64,000 nt of DNA from an uncultured Bacteroidales bacterium (GCA_947169105.1 CAMVOL010000001.1:7570-71569); one strand, 5' to 3'; positions 1 to 10,697 are shown, numbered from the stretch's first letter. Numbers and translations are program-made. The notes: generated from the letters alone by a model not told the origin.

Positions 1-1
1 T

Positions 2-118
2 TATACAGTGACGGAACTGAATGACCTTCTCCGCCACGCCATTGAGACAGAAAACTATGAGGCCGCCGCCCTCATTGATGCTGAACTGAACAAAAGACCC
101 GATTATGCAAAAGAATAA
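2..118 (+). CDS. C-terminal fragment of a UVR-motif protein (gene begins upstream of window)
   Basis: Frame is open from the window edge to TAA at 116-118. The sequence ...LNDLLRHAIETENYEAAALIDAELNKR... resembles the UvrB/UvrC-type UVR helix found at the C-terminus of bifunctional-nuclease-like proteins. Only 38 codons are visible. Confidence 0.35.
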   Translation, partial: YTVTELNDLLRHAIETENYEAAALIDAELNKRPDYAKE

Positions 119-536
119 TGATGTTGTCAGCCACGAAGGGATTGTACAATCCATTAATGGCGAAAAGGTTACTGTGAAAATGACGGTATCTTCCGCTTGT
201 GCCGGCTGCCACGCGCGACACCTCTGCTCTTCCCTTGACACGCGCGACAAGCAGGTGGAGGCGGAGAATCCGTACCGCCTGCCGTTGGAAGTGGGCGAGA
301 AGGTGACCGTCACCCTTCAGGAAAAACTGGCAATGAAGGCCGTCATCCTCTGCTTCCTAATTCCGTTGGTCGTAATGCTGGTGGTTTTTATCCTACTTAA
401 CAATCTGACAAATAGCGAATTAGTGGCTTCTTTGGGTTCGCTTGGAAGCATCGCCCTTTACTATTTTGTCGTATGGCTTTTCCGTGGGAAAATCGCCCGC
501 AACTACTCGTTTATCGTGATGAAGCCCCTTGACTAA
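105..536 (+). CDS. RseC/MucC-family small membrane protein
   Basis: 143 aa. N-terminal cysteine motif SSACAGCHARHLC is followed by two hydrophobic helices, which is the RseC architecture. Confidence 0.7.
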   Translation: MQKNNDVVSHEGIVQSINGEKVTVKMTVSSACAGCHARHLCSSLDTRDKQVEAENPYRLPLEVGEKVTVTLQEKLAMKAVILCFLIPLVVMLVVFILLNNLTNSELVASLGSLGSIALYYFVVWLFRGKIARNYSFIVMKPLD

Positions 537-556
537 TCTCTCTTTATCCATTAAAA

Positions 557-1798
557 ATGATTCCTTTTCAACGATATATACTGAAAAACGGCCTTCGAGT
601 TCTGGTGCACGAGGATCCATCCACGCCGTTAGCCGCCGTGAATGTGCTTTATCATGTCGGCTCCCGCGACGAAGACCCGCAACAAACAGGCATCGCGCAC
701 CTTTTCGAGCATTTTATGTTCTGCGGTTCCAAAAACGTGCCCGACTACGACACGCCGTTGCAGAAAATCGGGGCCTACAACAACGCCTACACTTCGCAGG
801 ACCATACACATTATTATATTGTATTGCCCGCTAACAATCTGGAGACGGCCCTCTGGATTGAGTCGGACCGCATGATGGAACTATCCTTCCAGCAGGAGAG
901 CTTGGACGTGCAGAAACAGGTTGTGATTGAGGAGTTTAAGGAGACCTCGCTCAACCGTCCCTACGGCGATATGTGGGGAATGTTCAATGATTTTGTTTTT
1001 GAGAAATACCCGTACAAATGGATGCCAATCGGGAAGGAGATAACTCATATAGAGTCTGTTACGATGCCGATAATGCACGATTTCTTCTACCGTTTCTACC
1101 GCCCCGACAACGCCATCTTGGTGATTGGCGGCAATGTCCGTTTTGAGGAGGCGGTGCCGTTAGTGGAGAAGTGGTTCGGCAACATTCCAGCAGGCGGCTG
1201 CAGCGCGAAGAATTTTCCGGAAGAGCCGGAACAAACGTCGGCGAAGCGGCTTTCGGTGGAGCGCGACGTGCCCTATCCGATGTTGCTCAAAGGGTGGAAG
1301 ATGCCCCCGCGCCTCCATCCCGACTTTTATGCCTACGACCTCCTGTCCGACCTCTTCAGCAGCGGACAGTCCTCCTATCTTTATCAGAAATTTGTGGTGG
1401 AGAACCAACTCTTTACGGACATATCCCTGACTGTGAGCGGGACGGAAGGCCCCGGCATCTTCGCGCTGGTGGGACGCCCCGCCGAGGGTGTGGGTGTGGA
1501 CGAGGCCAACGCGCAGCTCAACCATTACCTGTACCATGACTTCCGCTTCGATGACAACCTGAGCCACGACCTTCAGAAGGTGAAGAACAAGAACGAGTCG
1601 GTGCTGCTGAACAACGAAATCAAGCTGTCGGGCCGAACCTCCATACTGGCAGTTTCGGAAAGCATCAGCCGTGCCGAGGACTTCGCCCATGATGACGAGG
1701 CCTACCGCGCGGTGACGGAAGAGCAGATCCGCCGTCTTGCCGCCGAGGTGTTCCGTCCGGAGAAGGAATGCACGCTGTTCTACCGCAGCCGCGAATAG
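557..1798 (+). CDS. M16-family zinc metallopeptidase (insulinase-like)
   Basis: 413 aa with the inverted zinc motif HxxEH (HLFEH) in the N-terminal domain. Confidence 0.85.
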   Translation: MIPFQRYILKNGLRVLVHEDPSTPLAAVNVLYHVGSRDEDPQQTGIAHLFEHFMFCGSKNVPDYDTPLQKIGAYNNAYTSQDHTHYYIVLPANNLETALWIESDRMMELSFQQESLDVQKQVVIEEFKETSLNRPYGDMWGMFNDFVFEKYPYKWMPIGKEITHIESVTMPIMHDFFYRFYRPDNAILVIGGNVRFEEAVPLVEKWFGNIPAGGCSAKNFPEEPEQTSAKRLSVERDVPYPMLLKGWKMPPRLHPDFYAYDLLSDLFSSGQSSYLYQKFVVENQLFTDISLTVSGTEGPGIFALVGRPAEGVGVDEANAQLNHYLYHDFRFDDNLSHDLQKVKNKNESVLLNNEIKLSGRTSILAVSESISRAEDFAHDDEAYRAVTEEQIRRLAAEVFRPEKECTLFYRSRE

Positions 1799-1899
1799 CA
1801 AAGTAGAAGGTAGAAAGTACAAAGTAAAAGGTAATAAGTATGAAGAGGGGTTGTGCGAGGCAACCTCATACCTCCTACCTCATACTTATTACTTTTTAC
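1799..1899. repeat. Long imperfect hairpin built from RGTANNA/TNNTACY heptads; probable bidirectional terminator
   Basis: 1824-1843 pairs with 1880-1899 at nearly every position. Apical stem is GGTTG (1849-1853) with CAACC (1861-1865). It lies between the convergent gene ends at 1798 and 1938. Confidence 0.7.
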
Positions 1900-1937
1900 A
1901 TTAAAAGGGAATTTTTCCCAAAACGCTATCGTACGAA

Positions 1938-2525
1938 TTATTTCCCGTACCGGCCTTCCACAACGTTCCAGTCCACGATTTGCCAGAGGGCGTTGAGGTG
2001 GTCAGGACGACGGTTCTGGTAATCAAGGTAATAAGCGTGTTCCCATACGTCGAAGGTGAGCAACGGGGTGAGCCCCTTCTGCACGGGGTTGGCGGCGTTG
2101 GTCTCCTGCGTGATGACGAGTTTGCCGTTGCTGTCGGCGGAGAGCCACACCCAGCCCGATCCGAACAGGGTGGCGCCGGCCTGCACGAACTCTTTCTGGA
2201 AGGCCTCGAACGAGCCGAACTGTGCATCAATGGCTGCGGCCAACTTCCCGACGGGACGGTTGTCGGCGGCGGGTTTGCCGAACTGCAAGAAATAAAGGTT
2301 GTGGTTCAAAATCTGGCCGGCGTTGTTCAGCATGCCGCCGGTGGCCTTCTTCACGATGTCCGCCAGCTCCATCTCCTCAAAAGGCGTGCCAGCGATGGCG
2401 GCATTCAGATTGTTGACATAACCTTGAAGGTGCTTCCCGTGGTGGAAACCGATGGTTTGAGCCGAAATAACTGGCTCCAAAGCGTTGGCTTCGTAAGGCA
2501 GAGTAATAAGTTCAAATTTTGCCAT
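1938..2525 (-). CDS. sodB: Fe/Mn superoxide dismutase
   Basis: 195 aa. Carries the Fe/Mn-SOD signature DVWEHAYYLDYQNRR and N-terminal HHGKHL metal ligands. Confidence 0.95.
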   Translation of the reverse strand: MAKFELITLPYEANALEPVISAQTIGFHHGKHLQGYVNNLNAAIAGTPFEEMELADIVKKATGGMLNNAGQILNHNLYFLQFGKPAADNRPVGKLAAAIDAQFGSFEAFQKEFVQAGATLFGSGWVWLSADSNGKLVITQETNAANPVQKGLTPLLTFDVWEHAYYLDYQNRRPDHLNALWQIVDWNVVEGRYGK

Positions 2526-2580
2526 TTTGTAAAGATTTTATGATGAATAAATTTGTCGTATGCGGTGAAAAAACGCACGG

Positions 2581-2588
2581 CAAATGTA
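2581..2588 (-). promoter_or_regulatory. Bacteroidota -7 box (TAcaTTTG) for sod
   Basis: Exact TAnnTTTG match on the minus strand, 56 nt upstream of the sod ATG. Confidence 0.5.
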
Positions 2589-2611
2589 CAAAAAAATCCG
2601 AATAAATCTGT

Positions 2612-2619
2612 TAATTTTG
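2612..2619 (+). promoter_or_regulatory. Bacteroidota -7 box (TAatTTTG) for mnmE
   Basis: Exact TAnnTTTG match 23 nt upstream of the ATG at 2642. Confidence 0.55.
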
Positions 2620-2641
2620 CACCCTCATTTTTAAAGGGAAT

Positions 2642-4024
2642 ATGCCAACTCAAAACGAAACCATCTGTTCCATTTCCACTGCACCCGGAGTCGGGGCCAT
2701 TGCAGTTGTCCGTGTTTCAGGTCATGATGCTTTTTCTATTGTAAATCAATTATTTAAAGAAAAAGTGGATTTTCTGGAAGTCCCTGCCAACCATGCCTGC
2801 TATGCTGAGGTTTTTGATAAAGACAAACTGGTGGATCAAGTGATTTTTGTAAAATTCTGTTCGCCACACTCCTATGATGGGGAGGACATGGTGGAAATCT
2901 CATGCCACGGTTCCCGTTACATCCAGCAGAAGCTGTTGGCGATGCTGTTGCAGCGGGGCTGCCGCCTGGCCGAGCCGGGTGAATTCACCATGCGGGCGTT
3001 TATGAACGGCAAGATGGACCTGCTGCAGGCCGAGGCCGTCGGTGACCTGATAGACTCACAGTCGGAAAGCGCCCACCGCTTGGCGGTCAACCAGCTGAAA
3101 GGGGGCTTTTCCCGGAAGATTGCCGACCTCCGCGACCGCTTCATCCACTTGGCGGCCCTTTTGGAACTCGAACTCGACTTCAGTGAGGAAGAGGTGGAAT
3201 TTGCTGACAGAAAGCAATTTCTGGACTTGCTGTCGGAGCTCCGGACGGAAGTAAACCGTCTGGTGCTGTCGTTCCGCGCCGGCAACGCCCTGAAAAACGG
3301 TGTCCCCGTCGCCATTGTGGGAAAGCCCAACGTGGGGAAGTCAACCCTGCTGAACGCCCTGTTGGACGACGACCGCGCCATCGTGTCCGACATCCCCGGC
3401 ACCACCCGCGACACCATCGAGGACACCCTCACCATCGACGGCACCCTCTTCCGCTTCATCGACACTGCCGGCATCCGCCACTCCGACGACACCATCGAAA
3501 ACTCCGGCATCCAACGCACCTACCGCGCCATCGCCAATACCGACATCATCCTTTATATGGTCGATGCTGCCGAAACCACCCCGCAGGATCTTTCCTCCGA
3601 ACTGGAACAGATTGGGCGTGAAGTAGATCTTTCTGACAAAAAAATACTATTGATTGTCAATAAGATGGATTTGAATCCGATGCAACTTTCAGGTATCTTC
3701 CCCGATAATCGTATCGAAGTGTTGGGCATCTCTGCCAAGAAGAGGGAGAACATCGAAGCCATCCGTACCGCCCTGACGCGCAGCGTGTCCGCACGCGAAG
3801 TGACTGACAGCACCCTGCTGACCAACGCCCGCCATTACGACCTGATGATGAAGATTGCAGCCGACATCGACCGCATTGAGGAGGGACTTACGGGCGGAGT
3901 TCCGACCGACCTCGTGGCCATCGACGTGCGCAGCGCCCTCGACAAACTGGGACGTCTCACGGGCACCATCTCCGACAACGACGTACTAAACACGATATTT
4001 GGCAAATTTTGCATCGGAAAGTGA
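2642..4024 (+). CDS. mnmE: tRNA modification GTPase MnmE (TrmE)
   Basis: 460 aa. Has the G1 motif GKPNVGKS, DTAG, NKMD and the invariant C-terminal CIGK. Confidence 0.95.
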   Translation: MPTQNETICSISTAPGVGAIAVVRVSGHDAFSIVNQLFKEKVDFLEVPANHACYAEVFDKDKLVDQVIFVKFCSPHSYDGEDMVEISCHGSRYIQQKLLAMLLQRGCRLAEPGEFTMRAFMNGKMDLLQAEAVGDLIDSQSESAHRLAVNQLKGGFSRKIADLRDRFIHLAALLELELDFSEEEVEFADRKQFLDLLSELRTEVNRLVLSFRAGNALKNGVPVAIVGKPNVGKSTLLNALLDDDRAIVSDIPGTTRDTIEDTLTIDGTLFRFIDTAGIRHSDDTIENSGIQRTYRAIANTDIILYMVDAAETTPQDLSSELEQIGREVDLSDKKILLIVNKMDLNPMQLSGIFPDNRIEVLGISAKKRENIEAIRTALTRSVSAREVTDSTLLTNARHYDLMMKIAADIDRIEEGLTGGVPTDLVAIDVRSALDKLGRLTGTISDNDVLNTIFGKFCIGK

Positions 4025-4038
4025 AATTGAAAAAAACG

Positions 4039-4046
4039 TATTTTTG
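4039..4046 (+). promoter_or_regulatory. Bacteroidota -7 box (TAttTTTG) for ddh
   Basis: Exact TAnnTTTG match 29 nt upstream of the ATG at 4075. Confidence 0.55.
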
Positions 4047-4074
4047 CACCTCAATTTTTCCAATCCCTTATAGA

Positions 4075-4935
4075 ATGAAAACAAGAATCGCAATCATCGG
4101 CTACGGCAACATCGGACGGGCCGTGGAACAGGCTGTACTGGCCTCCAAAGACCTTGAAGTGGCGGGCATTTTCCACCATAACGACAATCTTGACCGCGTA
4201 GATGCGGACGTGGCGGCCCTCTGCACCCCCACCCGCCAAGTCCCCGACTTCGCCGAAAAGCTGCTCACCCGTGGTATCTCCACCGTTGACAGCTTCGACA
4301 TCCACGGACAGATTTACGGCCTCCGCCAAAAGCTGATGCCAGTGGCGCGAAACCACAATGCCGTCAGCATCATTGCCGCAGGTTGGGACCCCGGCACCGA
4401 CTCCGTGGTACGCAGTCTGCTGCTTGCAATAGCTCCCAACGGACTGACTTACACTAACTTCGGACCCGGTCGCAGTATGGGACACACCGTGGCAGTGAAG
4501 GCCATCGCCGGCGTGAAGGACGCCCTCTCGATGACCATTCCGCTCGGCACGGGCATCCACCGGCGGATGGTATATGTGGAACTGGCCGACGGTGCCAACT
4601 TCGCCACCGTGGAGAAAGCCATCCTCAACGACGATTACTTCCGGCACGACGAGACACACGTGCAGCAAGTGCCTTCGGTGGAAGCGCTCAACAACGTGGC
4701 ACACGGCGTGAACCTCATCCGCCACGGGGTGAGCGGAACCACGCACAACCAACGTTTCGAGTTCAATATGGAAATCAACAATCCTGCACTCACCGGACAG
4801 GTGCTGGCCGCCTGTGCCCGCGCCGCCGTCCGTCTGCGCAACGACCAGCGTTTCGGTGCCTACACCCTCATCGAAATTCCGCCCATCTTCCTGCTGCCCG
4901 GCGATGAAGAACAGCTGATCCGGTCGTTAGTGTAA
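4075..4935 (+). CDS. ddh: meso-diaminopimelate D-dehydrogenase
   Basis: 286 aa after trimming the track ORF to MKTRIAIIGYGNIGRAV (Rossmann GxGxxG). The rest reads as typical Bacteroidales Ddh (GWDPGTDS, GPGRSMGHT). Confidence 0.85.
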   Translation: MKTRIAIIGYGNIGRAVEQAVLASKDLEVAGIFHHNDNLDRVDADVAALCTPTRQVPDFAEKLLTRGISTVDSFDIHGQIYGLRQKLMPVARNHNAVSIIAAGWDPGTDSVVRSLLLAIAPNGLTYTNFGPGRSMGHTVAVKAIAGVKDALSMTIPLGTGIHRRMVYVELADGANFATVEKAILNDDYFRHDETHVQQVPSVEALNNVAHGVNLIRHGVSGTTHNQRFEFNMEINNPALTGQVLAACARAAVRLRNDQRFGAYTLIEIPPIFLLPGDEEQLIRSLV

Positions 4936-4956
4936 GAATCAGGTTGAAATGTTTGT

Positions 4957-4985
4957 GTAGGGATGCCATATTATGACATCCCTAC
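4957..4985. terminator. GTAG...CTAC clamped hairpin between convergent ddh and GT2 genes
   Basis: GTAGGGATG (4957-4965) pairs with CATCCCTAC (4977-4985), with 3 further inner pairs. It lies between the stops at 4935 and 4989. Confidence 0.65.
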
Positions 4986-4988
4986 GTT

Positions 4989-5723
4989 TTATTTCAAATA
5001 TTTACGGGAAAAAAGGTTGTATTTTAAAATACAGTAGATGGCACGTACGCCGTCCTTCCAGCCGATGTGCTTCCCCTCGGCGTAACTTCTTCCATAATAA
5101 GAAATTCCGACTTCATAGATGCGGATTCCTTTTTGTTTGGCGTAACGCGCGATTTTGGCCGTCACTTCCGGCTCGAAGCCGAAACGGTTTTCCTGAAACC
5201 AGATGCTCTTGATGATATCGGCGCGGAACAGCTTGTAGCAAGTCTCCATATCCGTGAGGTTGAGATTGGAAAAGACGTTAGAGAGCCATGTCAGAAACTT
5301 GTTGCCCCGCGTGTGCCAAAAGAAGGAGATGCGGTGCGGCTTGCCGCCACGGTAACGCGACCCGTAAACCACATCGGCAAAACCGTTTACAATAGGTTTC
5401 AGTAGCAAGTTATACTCCTGCGGGTCGTATTCGAGGTCGGCATCCTGCACGATAACATAGTCGCCCGTGGCCTCCTCGAAACCACGGTGCAGTGCCGCGC
5501 CTTTGCCCTTGTTCACCGACTGCTCGAAATATTTGATGTCCACATCGGGATGTGCCTCCTTGTATCGGTCAATGGCACCTTTCGAATTGTCCAAAGAGCA
5601 GTCGTTAACCAAAATCAATTCCTTTTGAAAATTATCAATCAGATTGACTTCCAGAATTTTATCTAAAATGATATGGATTGTTTTTTCTTCGTTGTAAACG
5701 GGTATGATGATGGAGAGTTTCAT
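4989..5723 (-). CDS. Family 2 glycosyltransferase (polyprenyl-phosphate sugar synthase-like)
   Basis: 244 aa. Has an [10 protein letters not shown]-terminus and a DAD ([10 protein letters not shown]) acidic motif. Confidence 0.8.
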   Translation of the reverse strand: MKLSIIIPVYNEEKTIHIILDKILEVNLIDNFQKELILVNDCSLDNSKGAIDRYKEAHPDVDIKYFEQSVNKGKGAALHRGFEEATGDYVIVQDADLEYDPQEYNLLLKPIVNGFADVVYGSRYRGGKPHRISFFWHTRGNKFLTWLSNVFSNLNLTDMETCYKLFRADIIKSIWFQENRFGFEPEVTAKIARYAKQKGIRIYEVGISYYGRSYAEGKHIGWKDGVRAIYCILKYNLFSRKYLK

Positions 5724-5759
5724 TTTTCGGATAGAAGTTTCTTTTTAAGAAAATGCGTG

Positions 5760-5767
5760 CAAAAGTA
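5760..5767 (-). promoter_or_regulatory. Bacteroidota -7 box (TActTTTG) for the GT2 gene
   Basis: Exact motif on the minus strand, 37 nt upstream of the ATG at 5723. Confidence 0.55.
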
Positions 5768-5790
5768 CAGAATTTTTCCGTTTTTTCCTG

Positions 5791-5798
5791 TATTTTTG
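5791..5798 (+). promoter_or_regulatory. Bacteroidota -7 box (TAttTTTG) for ahcY
   Basis: Exact motif 39 nt upstream of the ATG at 5837. Confidence 0.55.
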
Positions 5799-5836
5799 CC
5801 GCCGTAAATTTTTATGAATCTTTAAACAGTAATTGT

Positions 5837-7246
<1,410 letters not shown>

Positions 7247-7248
7247 TT

Positions 7249-7394
7249 GTAAAGTTTATCAAGTTTATCAAGTAAAAGGTAGAAAGTATCAAGTAATAAG
7301 TAATAGGTATTAGGTAGGAGGTATTAACTGAATGCTCCCTACCTTTTACCTTTTAACTTTTAACTTTTTACCTTTTACCTTTTTACTTTTTACT
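7249..7394. repeat. Heptad-phased purine-rich arm, loop and pyrimidine-rich arm; probable bidirectional terminator
   Basis: RGTANNA units run about 7270-7320 and TNNTACY units about 7336-7394. GGTAGGAG faces CTCCCTACC around the loop. The element fills the whole gap between the convergent stops at 7246 and 7395. Confidence 0.65.
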
Positions 7395-9107
7395 CTATGG
7401 TTCCATCGTCCACTCCTCCTCCAGCTCCCAATAGCCGCGGATGGTGATGACCTTGTTGAAATTGAACACCCGTTCGGGTTGGAGTTTTTTGCGATAATTG
7501 CCCGTATCCCACACTCCGTTGCCGTTACGGTCTTCAATCGCCTTGATTTTATAGCTTCCAGCTAAAAGATTGGAGTAGGTGATGTTTCCCGACCGGTGCA
7601 GAATATCGGTTTGCAAAACGTCTCCCTTGCCATTAAGCAACTGTATAACAAATGGATAACCATTATCAGGGAGACGATAGTCCATTCGCAAAAGTCCGTA
7701 ATCCTTTTCCGTTTTTGTGGTAAATTTAATGCGGATGGTATCGTTGGTGAGACCATTGTAACCGAAAAAGACAGAATCAGGGATGATGAGGGTGTGCGGG
7801 ACTTTTTCCTCAAATCTCCGATTTAGAATGAGGGATGTCGTAAAAACATCTGAAACAGAAAGGATTAGCCTCGAAGTATCGTTGCCTGTGTATTTTTTTG
7901 TGGTTATGATTTGGACTGGGACAGAATCCGTAGGGCGAATGGGATAGGGGAAAGTGAAAACAAGAGGTTTATACAGTTCCCCCGCATTCTGGTTTCCAAT
8001 TGCCAACGGTGTATGTCCGTCACTTTTGCCTCGTCGCTGGCCCGTCCTAACCCCCGCCTTCTTGAACGGCTCGAGCCGCAGCGTGTCGCAAACCGAGTCG
8101 TTGACCGTCATCGCCACCACCATCGTATCAAGCAACGGCTCTTTCATGTACCACGTGATGGTATCGCGCCCCACGATTTCAAAATGGTCGTACTCCTTTT
8201 CGGATAAAACTGTTGCTTTATGATTATAAATTTTTGATTTATAGATAAATTCGTATTTCCCGACCTCCTTATTCTGAAGTTTGACAAAGGCCTGCGTCGT
8301 GTCCTCCTCCATAAACAGATATAGTTGTATCTCAGGCAATTCCTCTATTGTATCGGGCAATCCAGCTGCTATGGAGTCTTGCAAAGAGGTGGTGTCTTTC
8401 TGAACGTCCACCGGCATCCGGACGGCCTCCACCGTGTGGTCAAAGAAAGCAATCTCTTCGTTGGGCAGGTCGTATATCAGGTTGTTGTTGATATCCTTCA
8501 AGGCAAACAGCTTGTAATTTCCCGGCTGGATATTTTTTATAGCAAAAGCCCCACTGGATTGTGTTTTGGTGATGTATTGCGGCTTTGTTGTAAGAGGCAA
8601 GGAATCAACATCTTGTGTGTATGCAAAAACAAAACAGCCATTGACGGGGCTGTTGGTTCGGGCATCTATGATCTTGCCTTGCAGCATAAAGGAATCCACG
8701 GCTTCGCCAGTAGAAAAGGCATAATTATAAAACGGGATAGGGTTCCCTTCGGTGAAGTCTTGGATGCAGTTGGCAAATCCGATATTGTAGGTCTGGTTAC
8801 GTTGGAGCGTGTCGTTAAACTTGATAATCAGTGTTTTGTTAGAAACCGTGTAGGTAGGTGGCTTTGAAAGAGGCGGGGAGATGAGGACGTTCTCGAAGGT
8901 ATTGTTGAGGGAGATGAACTCGTTGAAGGAAATCTTGATAGTATGGCCTTTGAAGTTGTTGCAGCCGTTTGGGGGCGATTCCTTCGCGATGGCAGGGGGC
9001 GCCACGTCCTTCGGACCACCCGTGGGCATGACAATCTTCGCGCAGCCGGTGAGTAGCACCGCCGAGAGAAGCAAAAGCCGAAGGAATCTGTTGTTTCTAA
9101 TAGCCAT
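7395..9107 (-). CDS. Lipoprotein with bacterial Ig-like domain
   Basis: 570 aa. Has a lipobox (LLTGC), and the N-terminal PPAIAKESPPNG...ISFNEFI resembles SbsA/Big_5-type Ig-like domains. Function unknown. Confidence 0.5.
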   Translation of the reverse strand: MAIRNNRFLRLLLLSAVLLTGCAKIVMPTGGPKDVAPPAIAKESPPNGCNNFKGHTIKISFNEFISLNNTFENVLISPPLSKPPTYTVSNKTLIIKFNDTLQRNQTYNIGFANCIQDFTEGNPIPFYNYAFSTGEAVDSFMLQGKIIDARTNSPVNGCFVFAYTQDVDSLPLTTKPQYITKTQSSGAFAIKNIQPGNYKLFALKDINNNLIYDLPNEEIAFFDHTVEAVRMPVDVQKDTTSLQDSIAAGLPDTIEELPEIQLYLFMEEDTTQAFVKLQNKEVGKYEFIYKSKIYNHKATVLSEKEYDHFEIVGRDTITWYMKEPLLDTMVVAMTVNDSVCDTLRLEPFKKAGVRTGQRRGKSDGHTPLAIGNQNAGELYKPLVFTFPYPIRPTDSVPVQIITTKKYTGNDTSRLILSVSDVFTTSLILNRRFEEKVPHTLIIPDSVFFGYNGLTNDTIRIKFTTKTEKDYGLLRMDYRLPDNGYPFVIQLLNGKGDVLQTDILHRSGNITYSNLLAGSYKIKAIEDRNGNGVWDTGNYRKKLQPERVFNFNKVITIRGYWELEEEWTMEP

Positions 9108-9137
9108 AAATGGTTGTTTTATAACACGATGGCTGCG

Positions 9138-10697
9138 TCATTTATTTTTGGGGATTTTCAGTTTCTGCCCCACTTTAAGCGCATTCACATTTGTCAGATG
9201 GTTATAGCTGGCGATTTTGGCGACGGTCGTGCCGTACTTCTTTGCAATGAGGGCCAGATACTCGCCTTTCTGTACCGTATGGACGATGTAGTCAGGATGG
9301 CTGCTGTCGGTCACAGACGGCTTAGCGGAGGGCGGTGTATTTGGCGGGCTTGTGGCGAGGCTGTCCGTGACAGCGGTTCCGATACTGTCGGACGGGGTCG
9401 CGGGCTTGGGCGGCGCAATGTAGGTGTAACCCACAATCAGCTTCTGACCGGTTTTCAAGTAGTTGCTTTTCAGCTTGTTCATCTTTTTCAGTTCCTCCAC
9501 CGACAGCCCGTAACGTGACGCAATTTTCGTGATATTCTCGCCACTTTTCACGGTATGCCACTTCTTCTTGGTGGTCCCGGGGGCGTCGGTTTTGCCCGTG
9601 TAGGCATTCACATACACCTGCAAAGGTCCGAAGTAGGTGTCGTATTCATATTTATATATGGAATCCTGTAAAGCGAGGAAGCGGATGATATCATTGCTGC
9701 GAAGTTTCAGTGGGAACGGCTTGTCGAAAGCGGGGATGACATTCCGTTTGTACTGCGGATTGAGGGTTTTGATTTCGTCAATATTGATGTCAAGCACGTG
9801 CGAAATCTGCTCGAAATGGACCTCTTTCTTTACCATAACGGTGTCCACGCTGGTGGGGATGGAGATCTTGGCGGGCGTGATGCCGTGCGCCTTGTAGTAA
9901 TTCATCATATAGTAGGCACCGATGAAGGCGGGGAAGTAGTTCTGTGTTTCGCGCGGCAGAAACTGCTTGACCTCCCAGAAGTTGGTCTTTCCGCCGGAGC
10001 GGTAGATGGCCTTCTTCACATTTCCGGCACCGCAGTTATAGGCCGAGATGGCCAAGCCCCAGTCGCCGAAGATGTTGTAGAGGTCGCGGAGGTGACGGGC
10101 CGCCGCATCGGTGGCCTTCACGGGGTCGCGCCGGTCATCCACGAAGCTGTTGACCTCCAATCCGTAGATCTTGCCAGTCTGGTACATAAACTGCCATATA
10201 CCCGTCGCACCTGCCTTCGACACAGCCACAGGATTCAAGCTGGACTCAATGATCGTGATGTAAACCAGTTCTTCCGGAAGCCCGTATTTGTCGAAAATCT
10301 CCATCATCCACGGATAGTAGTACTGTGCGAGGCCGAGGATGGCGGAGGAGGAACGCTGCCGTTTGTTGGCGTACAAATTGATGTAGTTGCATACGAGAGG
10401 ACTGTAACCGAGCTGTATTACAGAATTGAGATTTTTGAGACGTTTAGTATAGATGGAGTCCATCGTGGTCTCCGTGATTTCCGCGTGGTCGTCCGAAAAC
10501 TTGTTGAGGATGCTATGCGAATTGGCCATCTCCCGCTTCACGTACCAGAGGTCCAGCATCTTGTTCATTTCAGAATTAAGCAGCTCCTCGTATCGCAAGT
10601 CCTCAAGTTGGCTTGTAGTATCATTTTGTGCTTCAACTAATTGCAGGGAAAACAGCAGCAGAAGCAGGACAAATATGGTTGTTGTTTTTCTCATCAA
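9138..10697 (-). CDS. Lytic transglycosylase with two C-terminal LysM domains (MltD-like)
   Basis: 519 aa with a signal peptide. SLT catalytic region is ESSLNPVAVSKAGATGIWQFM. Two LysM repeats are present (HTVKSGENITKIA..., HTVQKGEYLALIA...). Confidence 0.85.
   Translation of the reverse strand: MMRKTTTIFVLLLLLFSLQLVEAQNDTTSQLEDLRYEELLNSEMNKMLDLWYVKREMANSHSILNKFSDDHAEITETTMDSIYTKRLKNLNSVIQLGYSPLVCNYINLYANKRQRSSSAILGLAQYYYPWMMEIFDKYGLPEELVYITIIESSLNPVAVSKAGATGIWQFMYQTGKIYGLEVNSFVDDRRDPVKATDAAARHLRDLYNIFGDWGLAISAYNCGAGNVKKAIYRSGGKTNFWEVKQFLPRETQNYFPAFIGAYYMMNYYKAHGITPAKISIPTSVDTVMVKKEVHFEQISHVLDINIDEIKTLNPQYKRNVIPAFDKPFPLKLRSNDIIRFLALQDSIYKYEYDTYFGPLQVYVNAYTGKTDAPGTTKKKWHTVKSGENITKIASRYGLSVEELKKMNKLKSNYLKTGQKLIVGYTYIAPPKPATPSDSIGTAVTDSLATSPPNTPPSAKPSVTDSSHPDYIVHTVQKGEYLALIAKKYGTTVAKIASYNHLTNVNALKVGQKLKIPKNK

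Noticed and set aside
4009-4074. N-terminal extensions of track ORFs at 4009, 5753, 17990, 19309, 26847, 31763, 34647, 39992, 46150, 47405, 54485, 60243 and 62564.
   Set aside because: The extensions overlap upstream genes, terminators or -7 boxes and lack family-typical sequence. Internal starts give canonical N-termini such as [38 protein letters not shown] and MSNTYTQIHIH.
5724-5836. SAH or SAM riboswitch upstream of ahcY.
   Set aside because: Only about 39 nt lie between the -7 box and the ATG, and no conserved riboswitch core is visible.
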